This document shows, one piece after another, positions 37,130 to 50,725 of a DNA stretch of 64,000 nt. Source of the stretch: Octopus sinensis (Eukaryota); NCBI RefSeq assembly GCF_006345805.1, contig NC_043002.1, forward strand, positions 61,132,001-61,196,000, read 5' to 3'. Position 1 is the stretch's first letter; each line of letters begins with the position of its first letter. Position numbers and translations under genes: made by a program. The notes beneath the pieces are model-generated. The model did not search any database. It was not told the origin of the DNA and saw nothing but the letters and a program-made list of their open reading frames with translations.

Positions 37130-37881
37130 TTTTCGTCCGCCCGAGGCTATAGTAGTAACACTTGCCCAACATATCACATTGTGGGACTGAACGTTATGCC
37201 AAGAATAGAGAGGTCGTATTGGTTTGTTAAGGTCCTCGTATCTCAGCTATTTAGCAAACAAACCGATAGAATAAGTTCCAGACTTAACATATATAACACA
37301 AGCATTGAGATCGGTTAGTTCGACTTGAAAAGTCAATATAGAAATAATCCTTCAATGCAGTGCCCCATCATGGCCGCAGTCCAATGCTGTAAACAGGTTT
37401 CGCTCATTAGACTGTGGCGCCTTCAAGAATTCTCATTCGATTGTAAGGACGCCAGTGCTATTATTTTAAAGCTAGGTACTTTTTCTTTGGGCCGTTTTGC
37501 CGAAACGCTATGTTACGAGGACATAAATACACCAACACCGGTTGTGGAGTACTAACACAGACACAAAGACACATACGGATATACACACAAGCACACACAA
37601 ATACACACGCATACACTCACATACGCTCTCACACAGACACACACACAAGCACACACGCGCACACTCACATACGCACTCACACACACATACACACACAAAC
37701 ACCAGCACATATATATACGACAGTCTTCTTTCATTTACCGTCTACCAAGTCTGACTCAGTAATCTTTGGTTGACTCGCGGTTACAGTTGAAAACATTTGT
37801 CCAAGATGGCACAATGAGGGACTGAACCTGGGACCATGTGGTTGTGAAGCAAATTTCTTACCACGAAGTCACATATGCGTC
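37130..37881. mobile_element. Cluster of old SINE family A pieces (37130-37195 -, about 37200-37395 +, 37400-37881 -)
   Basis: Diverged family A head, body and tail motifs in both orientations. Confidence 0.7.
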
Positions 37882-37959
37882 CATAGTTAATTGCGAAGCG
37901 TTTTGCTAATTCATCAGAGTTGACTTTAATGACGTCGTATTTATATCTGCTTGAAATTA

Positions 37960-38420
37960 TGGACTAGTATGGTACATTTCTTCAGCTTATGTATTTTTAA
38001 TAGGATATTTCGTATTGCTTCTAGGAAAGTGCAGAGGCGGGGCAATATTAAAATGTATTTACTTGTTTCTCATAAATTGAAGTGCTACAGGATATCGAAT
38101 ATGTCTTTCTGAGTAAAGAATTGGTGATAGATGTCTTATATTCATCATGACATTTGCTTGTGCACTTAACAATATGATTTTATTGTAGATTCCGTTCTTC
38201 ACTGATGGGAATTGTTTAATCTGAAAGACTGGGATATAAGTTCTGCGAATCTAATTCTGTTTGGTGAAACGATTTCATACGACAAACTTATTAGTAAATT
38301 GTTTTGAAATTCTTTTAAATTATTGAAATTGTCAATGTGTCAGTTATTGATGTAAGGCTCATCAATAAGAGATTTCAATTTTTAATTTACTGGGAACCGT
38401 CATTTGTTCGTCGCATGTAA
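37960..38420 (-). mobile_element. Degraded Penelope-like coding remnant
   Basis: Minus frame HDEYKTSITNSLLRKTYSISCSTSIYEKQ resembles the PLE H-P..K.....L..RA..ICS segment. Many stops. Confidence 0.4.
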
Positions 38421-38479
38421 CTCACGTAGACGCCAGATAATAAGAAATCGAAGGTGATACTGAAATGCATTTTTTGTTG

Positions 38480-38750
38480 TATGTATATATATCATTATTC
38501 AGTTTTATTTCAAGATTTCTTGCCAACAGCGAAAGAGCCGGTTTCTAACCTAGATCCAAGGATCCTTTATTGGAATCTTAACATCAACAGAGTATGTTTG
38601 TATGTATTATGTATGTGTATTTGTATGTATATCATTATTCAGTTTTATTTCAAGATTTCTTACCAATAGAAAAAGAACCGGTTATTAACCTAGATCCAAA
38701 GTTCCTTCATTGGAATTTCAACATCAACAGCAAGGTATTTTTGTTTTGTT

Positions 38751-38782
<32 letters not shown>

Positions 38783-39085
38783 TGTATGTATGTATGTATG
38801 TATCTTTTAGGTATGTATTCTCATGCATATAGTTACATATCTAGACATACTCATATACATTTAAATAATAAACTTCTGGCAAGTTTTACAGATTTTTACA
38901 GTTACAGTGATGGATTGGATATGTAGTCTTCGAATTAGCTTTCTCCTTTCTGGATTTAAGAAGCAAAATTTCTCAAGACTGGTATTTAGTCAGTGTCTTA
39001 CATATCCCAGGGCCCCAATAGTTGCAGGTATAAACCTGAAATTGTAATCTGGATAGCGTAAATGCAGATTTCTCAGTTCAGCATA
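38480..39085 (-). mobile_element. R4/Dong-type LINE 3' end (RLE C-terminus plus 3' UTR, terminal ~110 bp duplicated)
   Basis: YAELRNLHLRYPDYNFRFIPATIGALGYV...RKLIRRLHIQSITVTVKICK* is followed on the minus strand by a UTR whose end is present twice (38481-38591 and 38621-38731). Confidence 0.8.
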
Positions 39086-39129
39086 GTGTTCGCCTTTTTT
39101 TCACTTCTCTTTTTCATTATTTAAATTAT

Positions 39130-39525
39130 TCCTCTATGAAAGAAGGCGCTCTCCAGTTTATATTTAATCGTTGTCATAAAGATAACAAAAACAATGTCAC
39201 ATTTTAAACTTGAAAAGAGTCTTGCATATTTTAACCGTTCCATTTACAGGTTGTGTTTCGGATATGGGATTAATATGGTGGATTTCATTTTCTGGAAAAC
39301 CTAGTTGTCCAGATTATTACTAAGGCATTTACACGCTAAGTCAAATTTACCAATTATTATTGGTATAAATGTAAATGTATTATCTGGGTATAGAAGCTGG
39401 AGGTTTTGAAGCAATCTTCCGTAGTTAACCTCCTTCTGTTAGATTTTCAAAGCACTATTGAAATCAGTAGAAGAGCTGACCTCTATGAGGGTACGCTCTT
39501 TTATTTGTTTAATTCTGTACGTACA
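39130..39525 (-). mobile_element. Second, older RLE-LINE 3' fragment
   Basis: TLIEVSSSTDFNSALKI*QKEVNYGRLLQNLQLLYPDNTFTFIPIIIG is a diverged restriction-like endonuclease C-terminus. Confidence 0.75.
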
Positions 39526-39960
39526 TTTGTGTGTATATGTATGTACGGGTGTTTGTATGTATCTGTGTATGTGTGTATGTAAGTATTCGAATGTCTGTGT
39601 ATATATGTATATATATATGCTGGTATGTGTGCGTATATATGTATTTATGTTTGTACGTATGTATACGTATGTGTGTATATGGATATATGTACGTATGTAT
39701 GCATGCATGTACGTATGTATGAATGAATGTATGTATATATATGTATGTTTGTGTGCGCATGTATACATGTATGTATGTGTATGTATGTATTTTGTGTATG
39801 TAATTATGTACGTAAATTTGTATGTATGTATGTTTGTGTACGTATGCATGCGTATATATGGATATATGTACGTATGTAAAATATGCTTGTAAATGTGTCA
39901 GTCTGTCTCTCTGTATGTCTGTATGTATGCATGTATGTACATGTTATAGAACGATGTTTT
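39520..39960. repeat. Degenerate alternating purine-pyrimidine simple repeat (TG/TA/ATGT)
   Basis: Visible directly. Confidence 0.9.
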
Positions 39961-41199
39961 ATGCAACGAAAATGATTACAGCAAATACTTTTAAATTATT
40001 TTGTACAAAACAGTAATATTTTCTGTAACTCAGCAAACTTTGGCTTAAGTAAACGCAAACAATGGTCATTTATTTGAATGAACGAAAGAACCATTATATC
40101 GTACCGTCATTTGCTAGAAATATCAATCAAAGTATTTTCGACCATCTCAGATTAAAATACGTTACTCCAGATAAAAAGCAAGATTGTTACACATTGACCA
40201 TTGTTTGCTATATTTTTGATCGGCAAAACTGTGTTGGATCTAAATAAATACAAACGACGTCTGCTTCCTAGGAAAACTAGTTTTCGTCGACATCTTCATT
40301 TTTAAAATTAGCTTTAACTGCTGATCAGCAGTATCAGTTAATCTAACATCAATAGAAAGGCGAAAAAAAATTAAAAAATAGTACGTCTGTAGGTCACTTT
40401 CTACACGTCAACTTTTCTTTCTTCTTTTTTTTTTTCCACGACACTGTCCTCCATATTTCTTTGCGCATATTACGTCTGGACACCACTAGCATCCAGAATA
40501 GCTGACCAGCCACGACTAAAAGAAGGAGAAACGGAGAATACACACACACACGAATACACACACACACAACCACACATGCTAACCCCCCCCCCGAAGCACA
40601 CTGAAGCTAGCACACACGCGCACACACAAATACACACACACGCATACACACACACACATACACATAAATATACAAGTAAATCACACCCATCCATACATAT
40701 GCAAACACGACGGCGTACAAACAGAAAAGGAATTACGTGTACAAGTAAAATAAAAAAAGAAAATCAAATGAAATATTTTCTTTCATTGAATAACCAATAT
40801 GCATTAATGATTTCCTGACGTTCATTGGATATCGCCATATTCTACATATACAGTACAACGTTAAGCAGCAATTTTTCTCTCTGCTTTTATTTGTGTAAAT
40901 TAATAAAAAAAGAAAACCCAAACTATATCACATTTTGTTTCATCTCTCAGAGAATGACAAGTCTCCAACACCCCTCCCACGCCTCCTCTGTCCCTGTCCA
41001 CTCTGGTGCTTTCATGCTTTGTCTCCCTCTCTCTCATTCTCTCTCTCTCTTTCACTTGGCTGTCTTTTACTCTTCTCTTTCTTCCCCCATTCAGCCACAA
41101 CATAACTGGCCAGAACTATCAACCGAAGTATTTTTGGATGAACTGACTAGCAGTGCATTACCGATATGCACTAATGCTTGTGTATCTGCATCGGATATT

Positions 41200-41258
41200 T
41201 GCATATCATATGTATGTATGTGTGCATGTGTATGTATGTGCCTATGTATATGCGTGAG

Positions 41259-41334
<76 letters not shown>

Positions 41335-41528
41335 TGCATACATATATATATATATACAGATACATATATACATACATACATAAATATACATATGCGTGTG
41401 TGTGTATACATAAATGTATGTATAGATATATAAATATGATATATACATACATACGTACATACATACATACACAGTTACATATGCACACACATATATATAC
41501 ACACAAACACACACTCACACATAGATAT

Positions 41529-41562
<34 letters not shown>

Positions 41563-42175
41563 GTACATATACTCATATATATGTATATATATATATAGTT
41601 GCATAGTATATGTTCATATATGTAATTGCTTGTATACATTCATACACCGACGCATGTACGCACATATATACGTACATATATACATACCGGAATATATACA
41701 TGCATACATACTCGTGAAATCATACACAATTCCTTATCTCGCTTTCTCTATGTATGTATGTATGTATGTATGTATGTATGTATGTATGTATGTATGTATG
41801 TATGTATGTATGTATGGATGGATTGATGTATGTAGGCATGTATGTATGTATGTATCTATCTATCTGTGTGTATGATTGTGTAGGAACAAACACGCATATA
41901 TAGAGAGGAATAATGAGAAACTGCAGAACAGGACGGGGATAAATATGTTACGTATAAGGATGACGTTCGCCTGAAAATGCAAAAATGAGACACATTTGCT
42001 CACGCACAAACATACACACACTCATACTTATACATATACGCAAGTTTATATATATATACACACATAAATATATACATGTATACACACGTCTGTGTGTGTG
42101 TGCGTTTGTTTGCACATATATCTATATCGATACAAATCTTGCTTACCAAATGCACATATCTGTTGGGGCTGTGTG

Positions 42176-42262
<87 letters not shown>

Positions 42263-42274
42263 TTGTATACATAG

Positions 42275-42315
<41 letters not shown>

Positions 42316-42955
42316 CATGTATTGTATATACATATACATATATGCATACACATATATATATGTGTGTGTGTATGGGTGTACATGAGTGTCCCCATGCGTA
42401 CGTGTGTGTGTGTGTGTGTTTGTTTGTACATATCCAGAAATTACCATAGTCATATATTATTTAATCGATACATGCCAGCTTCTTTGAACTCCTGAATGTA
42501 CTCGATCTATACAATATGTAAAATGGGTACGTAACATAAACTATTGATAGCATATCTTGCAGATACGAACCAATCGAATACTTAGATATTTACACCTAGA
42601 TACACACAATACCCTCACATCCAGTGTTCCGGTAATACATGTGTACACCACCCTCACACACACATACAATCACGCACACACACAACCATACACATGCACA
42701 TATCCACTGTCATACACGGATGCGTATGTTTGTTGAGGCGTATATGCACGTATGTGTATGTGTGAGCGTGTGTGAGTGTTTGAAGTATATTTATAAGTTT
42801 GTCGAACCATATACACGCTTGCGTGTGCTTCAATGTGTTTCTTCACAGATGAAATGATTATACAAATGGAACAAATTTTGTCGATACGCCTAATATATAA
42901 TTTATATAACATGTTTAGAATAGAATTATTTATTTACAATAGTATACACATTCCA

Positions 42956-43027
<72 letters not shown>

Positions 43028-43130
43028 AGTGTGTGTGTGTGTGTGTCTGTGTGTGTGTGTGTGTCTGTGTGTGTCTGTGTGTGTGTCTGTGTGTGTGTCT
43101 GTGTGTATGTGTGTGCGTGCGTATTATGTC
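41200..43130. repeat. About 1.9 kb domain dominated by (AT)n, (GT)n, (AC)n and (ATGT)n
   Basis: Visible directly; source of many spurious ORFs. Confidence 0.95.
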
Positions 43131-43469
43131 ATGTATCATATACAATATATTTATATTTTTTTTTAGACAAGACTATGTCACGAGGATTGTAAACATTATA
43201 CCAACATGCACAATATGCTCGTGGGTAGAAAAGTAGTAGCAACAGCTGCATGTGCTGCACAATTCGACTCTGTTTGATGCATCTTTCTAACCTATCCACG
43301 AACTCGCTGCTAAAAAAAAAAACGCATTGACATTCGTGACTGAAATAATCTTGCTTATCCAATTTGTATGTAAAAGGCTGTTTTGCGGCTATTTGAAATA
43401 TTGTGCACTCGGTTTGGTATTAAAAATACTTCAATGTACTGACTTGGTATTTAGAAAATTCATCCTTTC

Positions 43470-43640
43470 TACTATAGGTACACGACCTAAATTTGTTGGG
43501 AAGTGGGAAGTTAGCAGAATTCCTCGACACCAGCTTGCAATTGGTACTTCTGTCATCGACCTCGAAAAGATGAACGTTAAAGTTTGCGGAATTTCAAACT
43601 TAAAACGTAAAGAGGAACGAAATAAATGCCACTAGGTATT
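43470..43640 (-). mobile_element. Old SINE family B copy
   Basis: tggtacttctgtcatcgacctcgaaaagatgaacgttaaagtttgcggaatttcaaac. Confidence 0.6.
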
Positions 43641-44039
43641 TTTTTCTCACCTCGCGAGGAAACTACCGACTCAATAATAATGATGCTGATGATGACAACA
43701 ACAACAACAGCAACAGCAGCAACAACAATAACAACAACAACAACAACAACAACAACCATAATAATAAAAAAAGAAAAAAAAGATGGGCTGCAGCAAATAT
43801 TCTGCTTAATACCACAGATTTGCTTGTCAGTTGTTTGACCTGAACCAGTTGACCACATCTCTTTATTATTCCTATTATTCGTCCTTCTTTTTTCTCCTCC
43901 CCTTTACTGTTCTCTCTCCTCTCTCCCCCTCTCTCCCCCCTCTCTCTCACTCTTCCTCCTTGACTCTCTCGTTGCTCACATGTGACTAGCAGCTATCTTC
44001 CTTTTTTCTTCCTTTTTCGCTTTTGCCTGTGTCCTGTCA

Positions 44040-44445
44040 AAGTTCGTTTCTCCAGCGTTCACCACTTCACCTCGTTATGGCTGACAGCCTTTACCGTTTG
44101 TTTTTATTGTTTTGTTCTTACTGTCCCGTTTTTGTTACCATTTAACCCTCCGCAAATCCCAAATTTTATTTAATTTGCTTTGCGGGAACGTTTGGAACCT
44201 CTTATTTTTCGAGGACCTTCTGGGGTATTCCAGCCGTTCGAAGCAGTGCTGTGTTCTGCAAGTGGTCCGCCCTTATTGCAGCCCCTATTTGTTCCACGTA
44301 CTTCTCGAGACTTTTGCTCACTGTTCCCCGGCTCCGACAATTATTGGTAATACTGCTACCTTTTTCATCGACCACAACTGCTTAACTTCCCAAGCTAACT
44401 TGTCATATCTCTCGACTTTTCTATCTTCGTTATCGCATACATTAT
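44040..44445 (-). mobile_element. R4/Dong-type LINE extreme 3' end (RLE C-terminus plus UTR)
   Basis: EDRKVERYDKLAWEVKQLWSMKKVAVLPIIVGA, then (frameshift) VEHLQNTALLRTAGIPQKVLEK*. The 5' side abuts (GAT)n/(AAT)n. Confidence 0.85.
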
Positions 44446-44466
44446 CATCATCATCATCATCAACAA

Positions 44467-44532
<66 letters not shown>

Positions 44533-44940
44533 CATTCCTTCTTGATATAGAACGACAGTAATGGAAAAAACACTAATATCCCTGGTAGCCGGTAGGGTGC
44601 CTACAATTTCGACAATATCAACAGTTTCTGAGTTTGAGGTTTTTTTCTGAGCTTGTGTCCGCGAGTGGATATTTAACACAGACGAAGCTCAAAGGGGCTG
44701 GAATACACTGAAATACACTGGAGCGATTTTCAAGTGCCATTGATATATTTCTGTCTTTTCTTTCTTAAAAGTGTAAGATCTACAACCTATTGAGCTTTTA
44801 ATGATGTTTCTGATTCGAGTAAGATACACATCTTGCTATTTTTATCTAACACTGCTTCTACTACACATAACCAATATATATGTAAGTATACTTGCTCACA
44901 CACAAATACACACGCGCACACATATGTATACATACATACA

Positions 44941-45290
44941 TTTACTCTCTTTTCACTCTTTTACTTGTTTCAGTCATTTGACTGCGGCCATGCTGGGGCA
45001 CCGCCTTTAATCGAGCAACTCAACCCCGGGACTTATTCATTGTAAGCCCAGTACTTATTCTATCGGTCTCTTTTGCCGAACCGCTAGGTGACGGGGACAT
45101 AAACACACCAGCATCGGTTGTCAAGCAATGCTTGGGGGACAAACAAAGACACACAAACATATACACACACATACATATATATATACATATATACGACAGG
45201 TTTCTTTCAGTTTCCGTCTGCCAAATCCACTCACAAGGCATTGGTCGGCCCGGGGCTATAGCAGAAGACACTTGCCCAAGATGCCACCTT
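44941..45290 (-). mobile_element. SINE family A, head truncated
   Basis: Near-consensus tail and body; stops at cccaagatgccacc. Confidence 0.9.
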
Positions 45291-45308
45291 CAGTCCCACT
45301 ACATATAC

Positions 45309-45390
<82 letters not shown>

Positions 45391-46528
45391 AAATATGTGT
45401 GTGTGTGTATAAATATATATATTTATGTATGTATATATAAATGTATGTGTATGTTTATATATATGTATATATGTATATATGTATGTATCAATATATATGT
45501 ATGCGTGTGTGTGTGTGTGTGTGACTGTGTGTTTATGATTTTCATCAATTGATAGGCGTAGTCTATGTTTCTTCCTCAATATGGACCGAAAGTTACAAGT
45601 TTAGGAAAACAGTGATCTTTGAAATAGGTGGCTTGCTGAAAGATGCACTGTGGTAGATATATTAGTCTAAACCCTTGAAATGTAATGCATTCAGCATGGC
45701 CGCAACCATTCTAAATGTATCCCGATAATGAAAGAAAGGAAGAACAGTATGAGTTATTATGTAAACCATATTCAAAAGATATAAGCTGAGTTGAAAATGC
45801 AGCTGTTTTTTAAAGCAATTCGATGTTCGCTATAAAACATATCCGTAATATGAATAAGCACCAATTATCGATAGAAGAGATAAGTCTACCAAACTTAATA
45901 CGGCTATTAAAAGGGACGTTAGTCCTGTTTTATTTCATATAATTTGACATATTTAAAACCTTAAAAACCGAAAAGAAGGCATATAATTATGTAAAAAGAT
46001 AAGTCTCTTAAAACTTATGATAATCAAAATTTTAAAAATATAGAAGTTAAAGAGAAATGAAATACAAGAGAAAATTAAAAGCATAAATGTTCTGAAGATT
46101 TTATGAAGTATGTAATGAAATAATTTAAAAGAATTCAAATAAAATATTGGTTTATTATTTCTATATCTTGCCTTTCACTCAAGTGTGTGACTATAAATTA
46201 TTTTCCTTATTACTAAAGTTTGTTCCGCCACACCAGTTCTAGGTATTTTCCCACTCATTCACCTTTTATTTCCCATTTCTTAATCATCGTTTCTACCTCT
46301 TCTCCGTTGTATTTATAGATACAGTCAACACCATAACTGTATATAAAGTCAAAGATCATATACGCATAGGGTCGAATGTATGTCGCTGTCAGTTGGAATC
46401 CACTACATGGCGTTTTAAAACAGATAGCGAATGCGTGTTACAAGCTACTCACTGAAAGTAATTGCTACACTTATACGAATATATATAAACACATATATAT
46501 GTACATAGATACAGACACACACAAACAT

Positions 46529-46571
<43 letters not shown>

Positions 46572-46759
46572 ACACACACACAAATAATTTATTTTGGGGA
46601 GCGGTTCAATATACCCATTACGACTATACGTCTGATAAAACTACATTAGACACGTGCATCCCTTCAATATGTGAGCGACGCGGTGATCTTATATCAAGAT
46701 GAGCTATTAGAAAGCAGCAGAACCTGATAGTGTATAAGGATTTTGAATAAGACAAAAAA

Positions 46760-48790
46760 AAAGGTTCCGTAGGTACCGTAAATCGATGCACTGATCCAAG
46801 GAGATGAAATCTCCGAGTGTTTGGCAAAAGAACAATGTTGTGCATGAAGGACATACCGAAAGGAAATGCTGCCGACAATTACAACCCAATTTCATGCTTT
46901 CCATTAATGTGGAAGTTACTGTCAGCAAAGTTTGCAGAAGAAATGTACACATTTTTTAATAAATAACCACATTTTACCAATGGAGACGTAGAGATACCAA
47001 AGAGCAATTATTGATAAAGAAGCAAAGCGGGACAAAGTTGAGATTCCGCAGAACTTACGATATCGTTCCACATTCGTGGACCATCGAGAATTTAGATACT
47101 GTTTTCTGAAGGGAAGAATGTTTGGTTAGAAATCTAAGATGACCACCCACAGAAAAAGCTTTGGTCACATGTGTATCAGGAGAAGGATTTTCCAAGGAGA
47201 CATACTATCTCCGTTGCTTTTTCTACTTTGTATTATCCTTGGCGCTGAGGAAACTGAACCTGAGATATCAGTTAAATGAAAAAAAGGCAAAGAATCAACC
47301 ATCAAGTATTCATGGTTTATATGAAGCTATAAGGCAAGGATGAGGTACAAGTTCCTTGGTGAACATGGCCTACCGTTTTAGTACTGATGTTAAGATGAAA
47401 TTCGGACACAAGAAATGTGTTGTAATGAACCTGGAAAGACACAAGGTGCAGACTCTGGCAAGGATAAATTTACGAAATGGAGAAGTAATGGAATAAATTG
47501 AAGAGGAAGGCTATAAGTACCTTGGCATACTAGAGTTCAATGAAATCACAGAGAAAGAAAAACTGAGGAAAGAATATTTCCGCGGAATAAGATTGGTGTT
47601 GCACAGAAAATTTACTGGATGGAATATAATCCAAGCATTAAATATATGGGCGTTAGCGTCACTTCGGTATGGAACTAGGATCATAAACTGGCAAAAGACT
47701 TGATGAGTATGGAAACGAAAGAACGGAAATGATTGAAAGTGCACAGAACATTCGATCTCAAGAGTGACACTGACAGGTTGTACTTATCCAGAAGAAAGCA
47801 TGGTAGTTGTTCGATCAGTTGTCAGGATTGTGTTGAAGCAGAGGAAAATAGCTTAGTGTGTTATGTAAAACATGCCGTGGCACTGTTGCCGATACTTGTG
47901 AAGTAATCTGGCTTCATTAAAATTGATAACTGTGTTAAGAAGAATAATATAAAGAAGAAAAGTACATAAAAAAGAAGTATTGAAAGAAAAAAAAAATGTT
48001 CGGTCAATTTTCATGAGATATGAGCTCCAAGACAGATACGAAGGCCGATGGTTATGGATACGGAGAAATGACATGGATATAGAAACAGAAGCAATTATAT
48101 GTGCGGCAGAAGAATGAGCATTGATGATAAACTATGTGAAGTGTAGAATTGGTAACATGACTTAGAACGACAAATGCAGAATGTGCTGTGAGAGGGGTGA
48201 AACACTATGTGACCGAAATTTGCGAATACAAAAGATGACATGACAATGTAGCAAATAATATCAATTGGGAGCTCTGTGGAAATTTATGGCCTACAAAGAG
48301 CAATGTGGTTGTATGACCAAATCCCATAGGGAGTTAATGAGAATGAAGATTGCAAAACCCTGTAAGATGCAATAATCAGATAAGACATCGGAAAATAAAA
48401 ACTGACATTGTTGTGGTGAACAGGAAAGAGAAGCACGGCTGAAAGTCGACACAGTATGTCCTCATGACAGCAGGATCGAAGAGAAAAAGGAAGAGAAAGT
48501 ATATTTAGTTCAAGTGGGAATTACTCAGGATGTAGGCAATAAAGTGAGTGGACGTGATACCCATAGTGATTGGCGCGCTTGAAAGTATCAGCGCTCAACT
48601 ACTTACGTGACTCAGAAATATTGGTACCAATGTAAATATAGAACACGTACAAAAATCGTCATTGCATGGAACTGCACGAGTTCTCCGCAGGGTTCTTAAA
48701 GAATGATCAGTAAATAAGTATCCCCTTAGTTGGCTGGTTGGGAACAGCTGGCACTTCCCATCATACACAGCAAAATAAGTTGAGAGTTTA
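46760..48790 (+). mobile_element. R4/Dong-type LINE, about 2 kb 3' part (RT, CCHC finger, RLE, 3' UTR), heavily mutated
   Basis: [96 protein letters not shown]. Ends aaaataataat. Confidence 0.92.
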
Positions 48791-48799
48791 TGTTAAAAT

Positions 48800-49000
48800 A
48801 ATAATTTCTAGTATAAACACAAGGCTTGAAATATTGGGGGTGAGGATAAGTCGATTACATTGACCCCAGTGTTTCACTGGTACTCAATTTATCAACCTCC
48901 GCAAGAATGAAAGGCAAATCGACATTGGCGAAGTTTGAACTCAGAACATGAAGAGGAACGAAATGCCCGGCGTGCTAGCGATTCTGCTAACTCGCCAATA
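48800..49000 (-). mobile_element. SINE family B copy
   Basis: gtcgattacattgaccccagtgtttcactggtactc...tttgaactcagaac...ctaactcgcc. Confidence 0.8.
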
Positions 49001-49559
49001 ATATTAATGGTTTCAAAATTTTGCGTAGAACCGGCAGTCGTTCGGAGAGTGATATATATGAGCCTTTTCTCGAATATGATGTAATTGTGGATAATTGAAG
49101 ACGCAGATTGTTTTTGCGTGTCTTATTCATTTTACCGAACCTAAATGTATCCCTTGTATGCCCAAATAGAAGTGAGATAATCTTCTGAAATAGTTTCCTA
49201 AATATATTTTGAAAAGATCATTTGCTGAGCCGATAAAGGTTTTGCAAAATAGTGAACATCTTCAAAAAATACATTTTTTTAGATTTGAAAAATGCAGTAA
49301 ATATTACTGATGGAGCCCCCATCACGTATTGTCGGCCCAGTGGCGCAAATATATATTTTCTTATTAGATATAAGGATATGAATGAAATACACTACCACTT
49401 ATTTATACGCATGTGTTTGAAGGTCCTTTGTAATTGTACATGAAACCCACAGCAGCAGAGGAGTGAGTCGACCGAAATAAAGTATACTATAAACCTCCAT
49501 TATGGTATTTAGAACTCTTTCATACGACAGTTAAAATAGAATGTGTGCGTATGTGTATC

Positions 49560-49880
<321 letters not shown>

Positions 49881-50681
49881 ATATACATAGCCATAATTGC
49901 AAAGATATTCTGGAACTCGACTGAAGAAAGAAAACTCCGAAGGACCCGTCCTTGTTTTTTATCGTCTCACTGGATGTTTTGCGTTCCTGTCCCATTTTTG
50001 GCATTCCTTTATTGATATATATTCATATTTATTTATGGGCTTGTACACGTTACACACCTACATACGTATATATATATTAGTTTATCCATACACGTATATT
50101 TACGTAAATATCAATTTTTCATTCGTATTGTAATGTATTTTATATCGACCCAATTTTTTTTCTATGAATATATATCACACAACAGTCTCCATCTCTTATA
50201 CAATATTTCAGTATTCGGTGTTTCTTAATACATCGTGAGATATATTTATATTTCACAAATGACATTAGTGCTATGATTATTTTCAAAACTTTCATGGAAC
50301 TTCAACAAAAGTTTATATGCATTCATAATGCTTTTTTGTTACATTCATGATAACTAATGCACTGCATCAATTTAATACTATACATAAATGTTACTAAATT
50401 AAATTTCTGTTAGAAATTTTATAGATATTTTGAGATAAAATCCAACACTAGTATTTTGAATTATATTCAATATATATATATTTTAAAAATTACTTATACT
50501 TTGAACATCTTCAAATCTTATTTCTTTACCGTCGGCACTTCCTGTACAGTGCACTTCAGATTTTTAAGTCTGTACAACCAGTTTTATAAAATATAAATTG
50601 AAATATACGATTCGTTTTATCAACTGAATGCGTAGTATTTATTAACAATAAACTTTCTTTTGTGGAAACCGAATACACACA

Positions 50682-50725
<44 letters not shown>

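Noticed and set aside
38503-38734. Apparent pair of mutually exclusive tandem exons (VLFQDFLPTAKEPV... and VLFQDFLPIEKEPV...) with AG/GT ends and a 51-nt spacer
   Set aside because: The sequence is the antisense of the duplicated 3' UTR following the RLE-LINE stop codon. Differences are mostly non-synonymous (about 7 versus 2).
40825-41433. 202-aa ORF
   Set aside because: It starts at TTG, is low-complexity (CT-rich then AT/GT repeats) and has no recognisable domain.
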